Assembly (NCBI GenBank): GCA_963713975.1
Contig: OY970218.1
Coordinates: forward strand, 1,696,001 to 1,760,000
Reading direction: 5' to 3'
Source of the DNA: an uncultured Chloroflexia bacterium
Lineage (GTDB): Bacteria; Chloroflexota; Limnocylindria; Limnocylindrales; CSP1-4
Length of the DNA stretch: 64,000 bases
A program made the translations under genes and the position numbers. Positions 41,510 to 50,622 of the stretch are shown here, piece after piece; within the stretch, counting starts at the first letter, position 1, and each line of letters begins with the position of its first letter. The notes below the pieces were generated by a model that searched no databases, had not been told where the DNA came from, and worked only from the letters and a program-made list of their open reading frames with translations.

Positions 41510-41548
41510 TGGCGCGCCCGGAGGGCGTCGGGCGCGCAGGAACAACAC
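41510..41548 (-). repeat. Distal att junction of the 18-kb element
   Basis: TGGCGCGCCCGGAGGG then CGT-CGGGCGCGCAGGAACAACAC; the arm is inverted relative to 59589-59608. Confidence 0.9.
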
Positions 41549-41681
41549 GAGTCAGCGGCTCATCACGCGATCGAGCCCAGCGATCGAGACGCCGCGTCGA
41601 TTCGGTGGAGCGTACGCTGAGGTTGCTGCCGCGGCCGCACAGCGGATGTTCGGCTGCCGGCTGGTGCTGAGGAGGGCCTGG

Positions 41682-42095
41682 ATGGACCGCACACCGATCC
41701 TGTTCGTCCGGCTGGCACCCTGGACGGACGACGAAGACAACGACCTGCCCCGTCGGGGCTACGGGTTCCGCGCAGGCATGACCGAGCAGGCACTGCGGGA
41801 CAGCACCCGGGCGTGGTGGGTCCTGAGCGCGGAGCGCGCGGCGAAGATGCACTACATCGCCGCGGTCGCCGAGGGCTACGTGGTGGGGATCTGGCGGATC
41901 GTGGATGGATCCTGGCGCACGATCGACGGGCGTCGGCTGGGCAAGAGCCCGCGCCGCTGGGCTTGCCAGGTCGCCGACGCCCCGGACGACATGTGGGGCC
42001 GCATTGTCGGCCAGCGCACACCCGATCGCCCAGACGGCGGTCCGCTCTTCGGCTCGGGCTCCGTGGTCGCGTACTGGCCGGAGCCGCCGCAATGA
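41682..42095 (+). CDS. Hypothetical protein
   Basis: GGAGG RBS; TRAWWVL..YIAAV..G.VVGIW; overlaps next gene (ATGA). Confidence 0.7.
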   Translation: MDRTPILFVRLAPWTDDEDNDLPRRGYGFRAGMTEQALRDSTRAWWVLSAERAAKMHYIAAVAEGYVVGIWRIVDGSWRTIDGRRLGKSPRRWACQVADAPDDMWGRIVGQRTPDRPDGGPLFGSGSVVAYWPEPPQ

Positions 42096-42520
42096 GCGCC
42101 GCATCGCATGGCCCGCTGTGGGACCGGATGGACGCGCAGCCGCGGTTCCGGTCGGCGGACCTCACCCGTGCCGACTTGCCGGCCGATCCCGGCGTGTACG
42201 CCTGGTACCGGCGCGGGCGAGCGGTCTACGTCGGCAAGGCGGACAGCCTGCGCGACCGGGCGTGGAAGAACCACATGGGCCAGAGCGCCACGATGGGCAC
42301 CTCCGCCTTCCGGCGCAACGTCGCCGAGTCCCTCGGGTGTGGCTCGTCCGCCGACATCAAGGCGAAGCGGGTGCTCCTCACGCCTGACGAGCTCGCCGCG
42401 GTCCGGGCCTGGATCATTGGCTGCAGCGTGACCTGGATCGTCTGCCCCTCGACCACGGCAGCGCTGACCCTCGAGAGCCGGATGAAGGGGGAGTGGATGC
42501 CGCCGCTGACCAAGCAGTGA
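42092..42520 (+). CDS. GIY-YIG nuclease family protein
   Basis: PGVYAWY..VYVGKADSLRDR, ALTLE, P.L.K. Confidence 0.85.
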   Translation: MSAASHGPLWDRMDAQPRFRSADLTRADLPADPGVYAWYRRGRAVYVGKADSLRDRAWKNHMGQSATMGTSAFRRNVAESLGCGSSADIKAKRVLLTPDELAAVRAWIIGCSVTWIVCPSTTAALTLESRMKGEWMPPLTKQ

Positions 42521-42996
42521 CCAGCCTCACCGTCTCCTTCAATTGGCAGCCGGCCGGACGCGTGACCGTCGATGTGGCGGGCGGTCTGGTGTTTCCCCTG
42601 CTCCCGGCGGCGCCGGGCCTGTACCGCTTCTGGATCGAGTCGTCCGACCCTAGGCCCGGGGTATACGTGGGCGAGGCCTCCATCCTCCACCGGCGGATGC
42701 AGCACTACCGCACGCCTGGCCCGAGCCAGTCCACGAACATCAGGCTCAACGCCATGCTCAGGGATGCCCTCCGTGGCGGTGCGACAGTGACCGTCTCGAC
42801 TGTCACGGCGGCGTCCCTGCGGCTCGACGATGGCCCTGTCGCCTCGCTCGACCTCGCGCGCCGAACGGGCCGACTCATCGTCGAGCAGGCGGCTATCACG
42901 GCCGCATCGGCCAGCAACCTCGCCGGTCCCGGGCAGCCGCCGCTGTACCCGCGCATCCTCGACAGGCCGGGCGTCGGCGAGACCGAGTACGAGTAA
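42517..42996 (+). CDS. GIY-YIG-like protein
   Basis: PGLYRF..VYVGEA..L.RR..HY..PG.SQ.TN; GTGA overlap. Confidence 0.7.
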   Translation: MTSLTVSFNWQPAGRVTVDVAGGLVFPLLPAAPGLYRFWIESSDPRPGVYVGEASILHRRMQHYRTPGPSQSTNIRLNAMLRDALRGGATVTVSTVTAASLRLDDGPVASLDLARRTGRLIVEQAAITAASASNLAGPGQPPLYPRILDRPGVGETEYE

Positions 42997-43207
42997 TGTG
43001 GGGTCGCAGCCCCGTGCCTGATGCTGGCCGCGGCATGGCGCGCCCGGACGGTGTCGCCCGGTCGTCTTCGGGCTCGCACGAACAGGGCCACCCGATTTGG
43101 TGCCCGGCTCCCGCACCGTGCGGCATAAGAGCCGCAGCCCGGTGCTCGAGGACGCTGGCAATCGGTTCGCGTACGTCAGTTGCGGCGGGGCCCGGCCGGC
43201 CCTTGCA

Positions 43208-44287
43208 CTAGACGGCGAGGCGCTCGATCGGGTGAAGCAGACCCTCATAGGGTGAGAGCCCGTCATAGCCGAGCGAGAGGTCCGCCGAGAGATCCTCGAG
43301 CGAGAATGCTCGTTTCGACTCGAGAAGGCCCATCGCGCGGCCGAGCAATTCCGGCTGCTCCGGCTCTCCGAGGTTCACTGGCTCCTCGCGTCGCCATCCG
43401 CGGCGGCCCATCTCCATCATCGCCCGCCGATACGCCGTGTCGGACACGACGCCGAGGTCGCGCGCACGGAGGAGCAGCATCGACATCGAGACGCCCCAGC
43501 GGAGTTTGAGGGCCGCGTATGCATGCCAGTCGACGCGTCGGGGGAGCTCGTGCAGGATTGTCGACGCTGGGACGAGCAGCTCCGCTGCGAAACGGTGCGC
43601 CTCTCTCTCGACCGCCCGATCTCCCGGTTTCGCATCAGGATGCAGCAACAGGTGGCCGAGCTCATGGGCCGCGTCAAAGCGTGACCTGTCGGTGGCGCCC
43701 TTGTTGGACACGAGGACCACGTACGGCCGAGCCCCCACCCAGCAGGAGAACGCATCGACCTCGTCGGAGGCCGCGGGTAGGCGTGCGACGATCACGCCCT
43801 TGCGTTCCAAGGCGCCGACCACGTTCGCGATCGGGCCGTCGCCCAGGCCCCAGGCACGGCGGATGATGCCCGCCGCTTCCTCGGGCGCGATCCCGGGAGG
43901 GATGTCCGGCAGGGACACTTCCGGAAAGCGGACGCGCCTCTCGATAGCGGCTACAACCTCCGCGAGCCGCTCTGCCTGCGCAAGCGCCTGGCTGCGGTCG
44001 CGCTTCGAGGCCGATCGCAAGCTGCGGAAATGGGCGTCGCCCTCGCGGACCTCGAAGAGGGGCCGGCCGCGTGTGAAGAACCCTACGGGCACACCCAGCG
44101 CCAGGGCGAGCTTCGACAACGTCGCGCTGCTCGGGCGCGCGACCTCCGACTCGAATTGACCGATAGCTGCCGGTGTCACGCCGATCTCGCTCGCCAGCTC
44201 GCCCTTGAGTGCGCCTCGGAACTGGCGGGCCTGCGTGAGCCGACGACCATCAAAGAGGAGACGTGCCGCCTCCAGGTCCGGGTTCAC
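43208..44287 (-). CDS. XRE-HTH plus ImmA/IrrE-type Zn metallopeptidase
   Basis: N-terminal HTH; RFDAAHELGHLLLH; E.EA..FAAELL.P. Confidence 0.92.
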   Translation of the reverse strand: MNPDLEAARLLFDGRRLTQARQFRGALKGELASEIGVTPAAIGQFESEVARPSSATLSKLALALGVPVGFFTRGRPLFEVREGDAHFRSLRSASKRDRSQALAQAERLAEVVAAIERRVRFPEVSLPDIPPGIAPEEAAGIIRRAWGLGDGPIANVVGALERKGVIVARLPAASDEVDAFSCWVGARPYVVLVSNKGATDRSRFDAAHELGHLLLHPDAKPGDRAVEREAHRFAAELLVPASTILHELPRRVDWHAYAALKLRWGVSMSMLLLRARDLGVVSDTAYRRAMMEMGRRGWRREEPVNLGEPEQPELLGRAMGLLESKRAFSLEDLSADLSLGYDGLSPYEGLLHPIERLAV

Positions 44288-44289
44288 CG

Positions 44290-44931
44290 TCAGGCCTCAG
44301 CGGCCGGGGCGCCCTCGTCGCGAAGTGCGATCTCGAAATCGCCCAACTCGATCGGCTCGGGCAGACCCGGGCGCGGCGCCGCCGGGAACTCCACCTCTGG
44401 ATCGGCGACGCTCCAGACGGGGATGATCTCCCGCCAGCCTGTCACGCGGTCGCCGTTGGTTTCGATGGGTGAGGCGAGGTAGACGGCAACGAGGTGATCA
44501 CGAGGGTTGCCCAGGTGGGCAATGATCCAGTTCGTCGCGAAGCCATCGTGCTCGAATTCCGCCTCGTCGAATAGCTGGAGCTGGTTCTCGCGTGCCATGA
44601 ATGCAGCGGCGCGGGAGCTGCGCGGGAACGATCCCCGGATGGACTCCCCGTCGTTGCCCCGGCCAACCTTGTTCCACCGAAGGCGATAAGGGCCGAGCAC
44701 GAGCTCCGGCCCCCTGCCGCGAGACTCGAATCGCGCGCCGGGGAATCCCTCGAACTCGTTTCGCATGTTGAATGACGCGACGTGGTACACCGCGAGGCCA
44801 TGAAGGTGATCACCGCGACCGCGGTCGGGCGCGTAGACCTCCTCGGCCTCGTCGTACGCCGCCCGGATTGCCCGGACGATCCCGGCTCGCACGGGCCCTC
44901 GGAACTCCTCGGGGCAACGGGTGTATTCCAT
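44290..44931 (-). CDS. Hypothetical protein, putative toxin partner of the peptidase
   Basis: 213 aa, 2 bp upstream of the ImmA-like gene; TTGACC..TGcTAACGT promoter. Confidence 0.7.
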   Translation of the reverse strand: MEYTRCPEEFRGPVRAGIVRAIRAAYDEAEEVYAPDRGRGDHLHGLAVYHVASFNMRNEFEGFPGARFESRGRGPELVLGPYRLRWNKVGRGNDGESIRGSFPRSSRAAAFMARENQLQLFDEAEFEHDGFATNWIIAHLGNPRDHLVAVYLASPIETNGDRVTGWREIIPVWSVADPEVEFPAAPRPGLPEPIELGDFEIALRDEGAPAAEA

Positions 44932-45063
44932 GTTCAGACGTTAGCAGAATGGCGCACAAATGGTCAACAGGTAAAGTGAACTCGTCGAATCGGTCTAGCT
45001 GCTGATAGTTGTCCTGCCGGGCGGCGGGGACATTGGGCAGCCGCGTCCGGGGGCACCTCTGTA

Positions 45064-46521
45064 CTACGCCTCGGCGCCGAGGATCCAGCCGGGAGTGAGC
45101 CCGGCGCCGCGGAGGATCTCCTTGGCGCGCTGGGCGTTGTCGTACTTGAGGTCACCGAGCCCGGGATCGGCGTCGACCCAGACCTTGTGGGCCAGGAGCC
45201 GGGAGAACAGATTCTCGATCATCTGCCAGTCCCTGTCGTCGAGCGCCCGGTAGAACACGCGACGGCGCTCTTCATCAGTGTAGAGCCGCAAGGACGGCGC
45301 GATCGCGTCCCGAAGGGTTGGCACCCAACCTCGAAGCGAGCCCGCCGAGAACAACCGGACGGCCTTCTGGTGCTCGCCGTCATTCCGTTCGGGCGCCCAC
45401 TTGTCCGCGAGGACGTGGTCCACGACCAGGTTCAGCAGGCGGACGACGTGCTCGCGCTCCTCGTCCCGATGGTAGGACTCGGACTCGAACTCGTCGTTGA
45501 GGGGTGGAGACGCGATGAACTCCGCGAAGAAGGTCTTCTCGAGGCGCCCGATCGTGATCGGGTTCTTCCGGCCGCGATTCTCCTCTTCAATGAAATCGCG
45601 GAACCGATTGCTCGGGTGCTCGATGATGTCGCGGTAGATCAGAGACCGAACACGACGGCCAGCCTCAGCGCCCGTCAAGTTCGCGCGCGCCCGCATGAAG
45701 TCAATGAACGCTGCCTCCGTCTTCGGGCCGGAGCCGAGCAGGAAGGCCTCCCAGTCCTCGTGCGCCATGTCGGCGTATTTCTCGAGCAGCGTCGACGTGT
45801 AGAAGGGCATCTGGCGCAGTCGGTCGTGCGCGGACAGATTCGTTTCCTTGAGCCGACGGACCTCGGGCGTGATGTAGACCTTGCAGTCGAGCGTGTTGCG
45901 CCCTGCCCAGATCTGCGCCGCCGCCTTGTGCTGACCGTCAAATAGCAGAACGTGACCGTCGACTAGGCGACACACCGCCGGGGCCAGCTGGGTGTGGCTT
46001 CGGAGGTGCTTGTACAGCTCCCATACGCGGTCGGGCTCGAGCGCTCGCGGCTGCAGCTCCACATCGTTGTGCAGGTGCTTGACGGGGAGGGTGGCGAAGA
46101 AGTACCCCTCGCCGGTTGCCGGGCACCGGGCGAGCGGTGCGCGGACCGTGCCGCCGTCGAGGTACAACAGGACCTCGCCGTCAGTAACCTCGGTCTGCAG
46201 CGTCAAGCCGTACGCCTTGGGGCCAAGCCGGGACGCGAGCAGATCGTCAAGCCGTCGCTTCTTCACGCCCTCGAAGAATTGCCGCAGGGCAAGACGATCG
46301 CGGTACTCGCTCAGCGAGAGGGTGCTCTTCTCTCGGTTGTGCTTCCGGCACACGGCGCCGATGTTGGCGATCTCCGAAGAACCGCCCTCGGCAAACGGAT
46401 TGACGTGGTCGAACTCCACATCAGCGTCATCTCCCAGCGGGGCGTTGTCGATGAAGCAGCGGTTCCCCTGTCGCTTGAGGACCTCCTGCTTCTCAGCTTC
46501 ACTGATCTGTCGCTTCGCCAT
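45064..46521 (-). CDS. HNH endonuclease fused to ParB/Srx-like (DGQH) domain
   Basis: EFDHVNPFAEGG...NI..VC..HN..K; LLFDGQHK. Confidence 0.82.
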   Translation of the reverse strand: MAKRQISEAEKQEVLKRQGNRCFIDNAPLGDDADVEFDHVNPFAEGGSSEIANIGAVCRKHNREKSTLSLSEYRDRLALRQFFEGVKKRRLDDLLASRLGPKAYGLTLQTEVTDGEVLLYLDGGTVRAPLARCPATGEGYFFATLPVKHLHNDVELQPRALEPDRVWELYKHLRSHTQLAPAVCRLVDGHVLLFDGQHKAAAQIWAGRNTLDCKVYITPEVRRLKETNLSAHDRLRQMPFYTSTLLEKYADMAHEDWEAFLLGSGPKTEAAFIDFMRARANLTGAEAGRRVRSLIYRDIIEHPSNRFRDFIEEENRGRKNPITIGRLEKTFFAEFIASPPLNDEFESESYHRDEEREHVVRLLNLVVDHVLADKWAPERNDGEHQKAVRLFSAGSLRGWVPTLRDAIAPSLRLYTDEERRRVFYRALDDRDWQMIENLFSRLLAHKVWVDADPGLGDLKYDNAQRAKEILRGAGLTPGWILGAEA

Positions 46522-46599
46522 CGTGATCCTTCCAGTGGCGGACGAGGACTTGCAGTTGTCTGCGCCTGCTCCGCGATCCCTGCTCGCCGCGGGCCGGGA

Positions 46600-46950
46600 T
46601 CACATCCCGTCGGAGGGCTCGTACCCGTGCTCCCGCAGCCTCTCGCGCGCCCTCGCGAGCTCATTGGAGGCGAACAACGGCCCGAACACAGGCTTCAGGA
46701 TCAGCGCCTCCATCGAGAGGTCGAGCCTGCCCTCTGCCTTCAGACGTTCGAAGCCCGCCGACACGCCGTTCTTCCACAGAAGCTGACGAGCGACGACAAG
46801 GCCGCCGTTCTTGCGGACGCTTCGAAGGAAGTAGCTGGCCCAATACCCCGTCGCCTTCCCGGCGAGCCAGTAGATCTCCTGCATCGCGGCATCGAACTGC
46901 AGCTCGAGCTTCTCGTCTTCGATGGGGGCGTCGGCGCCGGGATCGTTCAT
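46600..46950 (-). CDS. Conserved hypothetical protein
   Basis: GYWASYF..S.GF..L...GRLDLSME..F...E...A.ERL..GY; TAACCT 6 nt upstream. Confidence 0.75.
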   Translation of the reverse strand: MNDPGADAPIEDEKLELQFDAAMQEIYWLAGKATGYWASYFLRSVRKNGGLVVARQLLWKNGVSAGFERLKAEGRLDLSMEALILKPVFGPLFASNELARARERLREHGYEPSDGM

Positions 46951-46988
46951 GTGCGCAGGTTAGCGCTTGCCGCGCCCGCGATGCCGGG

Positions 46989-47894
46989 TCACGGGTGTCC
47001 CGTGCGGCGCCGTTCGACGTAGTCCGCCTGCGCTCGCCGATGGGATCGTCCCTGTTGCCGGCACGGGTCGCACCATGGTCGCCGTCCCGTGGACGGCCGA
47101 CGTGACGGCACGAAAGGACGTCCGCAGCCCGTGCACCTCACGAAGCCAGCGCCGGCCACGGCTGCTGCAAGTTCCAGCCCGATCGCACCGAGCAGCCCGT
47201 TCGCGTTGTCCACGAGGCTGGGCTCGCCGAGGTCCCATTGAAGCTGAGGGCTAACGCGTGTGAGCGCGAGCCACGCGCTCACCGCCCCGGCGATCCATTG
47301 CCGACCCTGCAGGACCACACCCTCTGGGCTCAGTCGCCGTCTCCACTCGAGCGCGTCGGTTGCCTGACACTCGCGGCGCGCTCGCCAGGCAGCCCAGGCT
47401 GGGCGCTCGGTCCACGGCTCACTCTCGAGCAGGAGGACCGCCCAGTCATCGTCAGCCCCCGGCAGGTCGAGGCGCAGATCGGCCGCCAGCCGGCCGATCG
47501 CGACCGAGCGCCGAGCCCAGTACCTCCACGTCGCGAACGGTTCGCGCTCCTCGAGGTACCGGCCACACGCGGCTGACGGGAGGTGCTCAGGTATGGCCCG
47601 TGGATCGTGCGTCGCGGGCAAACCGTGGATGCAGAGCCCCAGCCGACCCCAACGCGACGCGTAGTTAAGGATCGCCGGCCCGTCCGCTCCGGCGACCTTG
47701 TAGAAGCCGGTGAGCAGTCCCGGCCCTGGCGCTACCACCGTGGCCGGTGGATCTGGGCGCATGTCATCCAATCGCCACACGAGGGCATCGTCGGCGAGCT
47801 CGGGGTACCCGACGACGATCCAGGCGGCGGGTCCGACTGGTTGTTCGTGTCGGCCTTCTGCGTCGGTGAGGAGGTCGGCGGGTTCGCGTGACAT
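46989..47894 (-). CDS. Hypothetical protein with C-terminal CGNR-like zinc finger
   Basis: CTGCGRPF..WCDPC; TAAAAT 7 nt before ATG 47894; divergent from primase. Confidence 0.7.
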   Translation of the reverse strand: MSREPADLLTDAEGRHEQPVGPAAWIVVGYPELADDALVWRLDDMRPDPPATVVAPGPGLLTGFYKVAGADGPAILNYASRWGRLGLCIHGLPATHDPRAIPEHLPSAACGRYLEEREPFATWRYWARRSVAIGRLAADLRLDLPGADDDWAVLLLESEPWTERPAWAAWRARRECQATDALEWRRRLSPEGVVLQGRQWIAGAVSAWLALTRVSPQLQWDLGEPSLVDNANGLLGAIGLELAAAVAGAGFVRCTGCGRPFVPSRRPSTGRRPWCDPCRQQGRSHRRAQADYVERRRTGHP

Positions 47895-48090
47895 TGAAAT
47901 GATTTTAGAGCGCAAGACGTGGCTCCACACGCTGACGTCATGTCCGACCTCGAGGTTCTCCTCCGCCGCCTGAGCGCGTGGCTTGTCGACGTCGCGCTCT
48001 CGGGCCCCGAGGACCACACGCCGGACTCGTCGGTGCCGCCGCCGCAGAGCGCCCCCGACGCGAACGCCTGCGGGACCGAGGAGGCCAAAG

Positions 48091-50253
48091 ATGGCGACCC
48101 CGATTGCTTCCGTGCTCTCGAAGCTGGAGGCCGTCCGCCGCGAGGGCCACGGCTGGAGCGCGCGCTGCCCGGCGCACGAGGACGACGACCCCAGCCTGTC
48201 CGTGTCGGAGGGCGAGGAGGGGCGCGTCCTGATGTACTGCCACGCCGGCTGCCGGACCGACGACGTCGTGGCGGAGCTCGGCCTTGAGCTCCGCGACCTG
48301 TTCCCGGAGGGAGGGGAGGGAGGACAGGCCCCGAGCTCCGGCGCCACTGCACCACTGGGTGGCTGCTCGCTCGCCGACTACGCGGACGCCAAGGGGCTGC
48401 CGATCGAGTTCCTCCGTGAGCTCGGGCTGACAGACCTGTTCATCAGCAGCGCTCCGGCCGTGAACATCCCGTACCGCGACGAGTCCGGCCAGGAGATCGC
48501 GGTGCGGTTCCGCACAAGCCTCGATGGCGGCGACCGCTTCCGGTGGCGCAAGGGCTCCAAGGCGCTGCCCTACGGCCTCTGGCGGCTCGACGAGGCGCGG
48601 TCGGCCGGCGCGATCACGATCGTTGAGGGCGAATCCGACGCGCAGACCCTGTGGCTGCACGACATCCCTGCGCTCGGCGTCCCGGGAGCGTCGACCTGGC
48701 GGTCTGAGTGGGCAGCCTGCCTCGACGGGATCCAGCGGATCGACGTCGTGATCGAGCCCGATGCCGGCGGCGCAGCGGTGCTCGACTGGCTCGGGCGGAG
48801 CTCGTTCCGCGACCGGGTGCGGCTCATTCGGCTCGAGGGCGTCAAGGACCCGAGCGAGCTGTACCTGGGGGCGGTGTCCGACTTCACGGAGCGCTGGGCG
48901 AGGGCCGTGGCAGCCGCACAGCCCTGGACCGACGAGGCTGCCGCCGCGGCGGCGCGGACTGGCGCCGAGGCGCTCGTCCAGGCGGCTGGCCTCGAGGTGA
49001 CGAGCGACATCCTCTCAGCGTTCGCCGCCGACATCCGGGCATCGCGCCTGGTTGCGGGCGAGGAGCGGGCGCTCAAGCTCGTCTACCTGGCCGTCACGAG
49101 CCGCCTGCTCGATCACCCGGTTTCGCTTGCGCTCAAGGGCCCGTCAGCGGGCGGCAAGTCGTACATCGTCGAGCGGGTGCTCGACTACTTCCCGGATCGG
49201 GCCTACTACGCCATGACCGGCATGTCCGAGCGCGCGCTCGCATACGACGACGAGCCGCTGGAGCATCGGGTGCTCGTGATCTACGAGGCCGCCGGGTTGT
49301 CGGGCGAGATGGCCTCGTACCTCGTCCGCTCGCTGCTGTCCGAGGGTCACCTCCGGTACGTGACCGTCGAGAAGACCGCCGACGGGCTCCGCCCGCGGAC
49401 GATCGACCGCCCAGGCCCGACGGGCCTGATCGTCACGACCACCGCGATCGCGCTCCACCCCGAGAACGAGACGCGGCTCCTCTCGCTCCCGGTCACGGAC
49501 ACCCCGGCCCAGACCAAGTCGGTCATGCTGTCGCTCGCCGAAGGCGCCCAGGAGGGCCGCGACCTCACTCGCTGGCAGGCCCTCCAGACGTGGCTCAGCA
49601 CCGCGGAACCGCGCGTCGTGCTCCCGTTCGCCACCGCGCTCGCCCACCTCGTGCCGCCGGTCAGCGTTCGGATGCGCCGGGACTTCCGTGCGGTGCTCGA
49701 GCTGGTCCGCGCCCACACGCTGCTTCACCAGGCAACGCGGACGCGGAACGAGGCCGGTGCGGTGATCGGAACGATCGAGGACTACGGCGCGGTCCGGGAG
49801 CTCGTCGTCGACCTCATCGCGGAGGCGGCCGACGCCGCGGTCCCCGAGGCCGTCCGCGAAGCCGTGGCTGCCGTCGAGCGCCTCGGCGGGCACCGGCCGG
49901 CGGGCGACCGGGCCGACGACGCCGGGGTGACGGCCGTCGCGCTCGGCCGCGAGCTGGGCCTCGACAAGTCGGCCGCGCGGCGCCGGGCACTGGGCGCCAT
50001 CGAGCGCGGGTTCCTCACCAACCTCGAGGCGCGCCGCGGCCGGCCGATGCGGCTCGTCGTCGGCGAGCCGCTCCCCGACGAGGTCGAGATCCTCCCCGCG
50101 GCGGCCGAGCTCACGGCAGCCGTCGGTGGCACGGTGGCAGGGGAGCAGCCGGAGCCTGACCTCTCCCTCCCCCCGGACACTGGGTCTGACGACATCGTTG
50201 CGATCGCCCGCGAGATCTTCGGCGACGACCTCGTCGAGCCGGATCTGGCGTGA
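48091..50253 (+). CDS. DNA primase (Zn-binding + TOPRIM) fused to P-loop NTPase/helicase
   Basis: CPAHEDDDPSL..CHAGC, IVEGESD, GVPGA, KDP, GPSAGGKS; GAGGAGG RBS. Confidence 0.88.
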   Translation: MATPIASVLSKLEAVRREGHGWSARCPAHEDDDPSLSVSEGEEGRVLMYCHAGCRTDDVVAELGLELRDLFPEGGEGGQAPSSGATAPLGGCSLADYADAKGLPIEFLRELGLTDLFISSAPAVNIPYRDESGQEIAVRFRTSLDGGDRFRWRKGSKALPYGLWRLDEARSAGAITIVEGESDAQTLWLHDIPALGVPGASTWRSEWAACLDGIQRIDVVIEPDAGGAAVLDWLGRSSFRDRVRLIRLEGVKDPSELYLGAVSDFTERWARAVAAAQPWTDEAAAAAARTGAEALVQAAGLEVTSDILSAFAADIRASRLVAGEERALKLVYLAVTSRLLDHPVSLALKGPSAGGKSYIVERVLDYFPDRAYYAMTGMSERALAYDDEPLEHRVLVIYEAAGLSGEMASYLVRSLLSEGHLRYVTVEKTADGLRPRTIDRPGPTGLIVTTTAIALHPENETRLLSLPVTDTPAQTKSVMLSLAEGAQEGRDLTRWQALQTWLSTAEPRVVLPFATALAHLVPPVSVRMRRDFRAVLELVRAHTLLHQATRTRNEAGAVIGTIEDYGAVRELVVDLIAEAADAAVPEAVREAVAAVERLGGHRPAGDRADDAGVTAVALGRELGLDKSAARRRALGAIERGFLTNLEARRGRPMRLVVGEPLPDEVEILPAAAELTAAVGGTVAGEQPEPDLSLPPDTGSDDIVAIAREIFGDDLVEPDLA

Positions 50254-50408
50254 CGCGACCCGATTTCGCCGGACATATCACGCGCGAGTTGATGAGAGCC
50301 ATGACGCGCTCGGCGCGCGCGTCCCTCGTTGTTGTTTCGTGCGTGCCGCGCGCCCGAAGCACCTCAGACCCCCGATGGGATTGCCGTGAGGGAATTCCCA
50401 GAGGGGTA

Positions 50409-50436
50409 TTGACAGTGTTTTCCTTCTCTTGATGAT
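50409..50436 (+). promoter_or_regulatory. Putative sigma70 promoter upstream of recombinase
   Basis: TTGACA, 16 bp, GATGAT in an AT-rich patch. Confidence 0.45.
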
Positions 50437-50622
50437 CGCGCCGCGGTGCTCCTTCTCGCGCACCGGCCCGACCCCAGGGCCGAGCCACGCCGCTGTTCCC
50501 GTCGCCCTCCGGTGCCCCTTCCTTAACCGCGAGGCTGCGGATCGGCCGGCGTGCCCGCCGGAGCCAAGAACGGCCGTCCTCGTGGCTCCGTTGAGCTCCC
50601 GGAGCCACACGGGCTCGTGTCC

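Noticed and set aside
33737-41548. Integron attC cassette array
   Set aside because: No RYYYAAC/GTTRRRY boxes and no IntI; the repeats are tRNA-derived att junctions.
47919-48287. Small ORF before the primase (possible excisionase/RDF)
   Set aside because: Overlaps the primase by ~200 bp out of frame and has no recognisable motif; cannot be supported.
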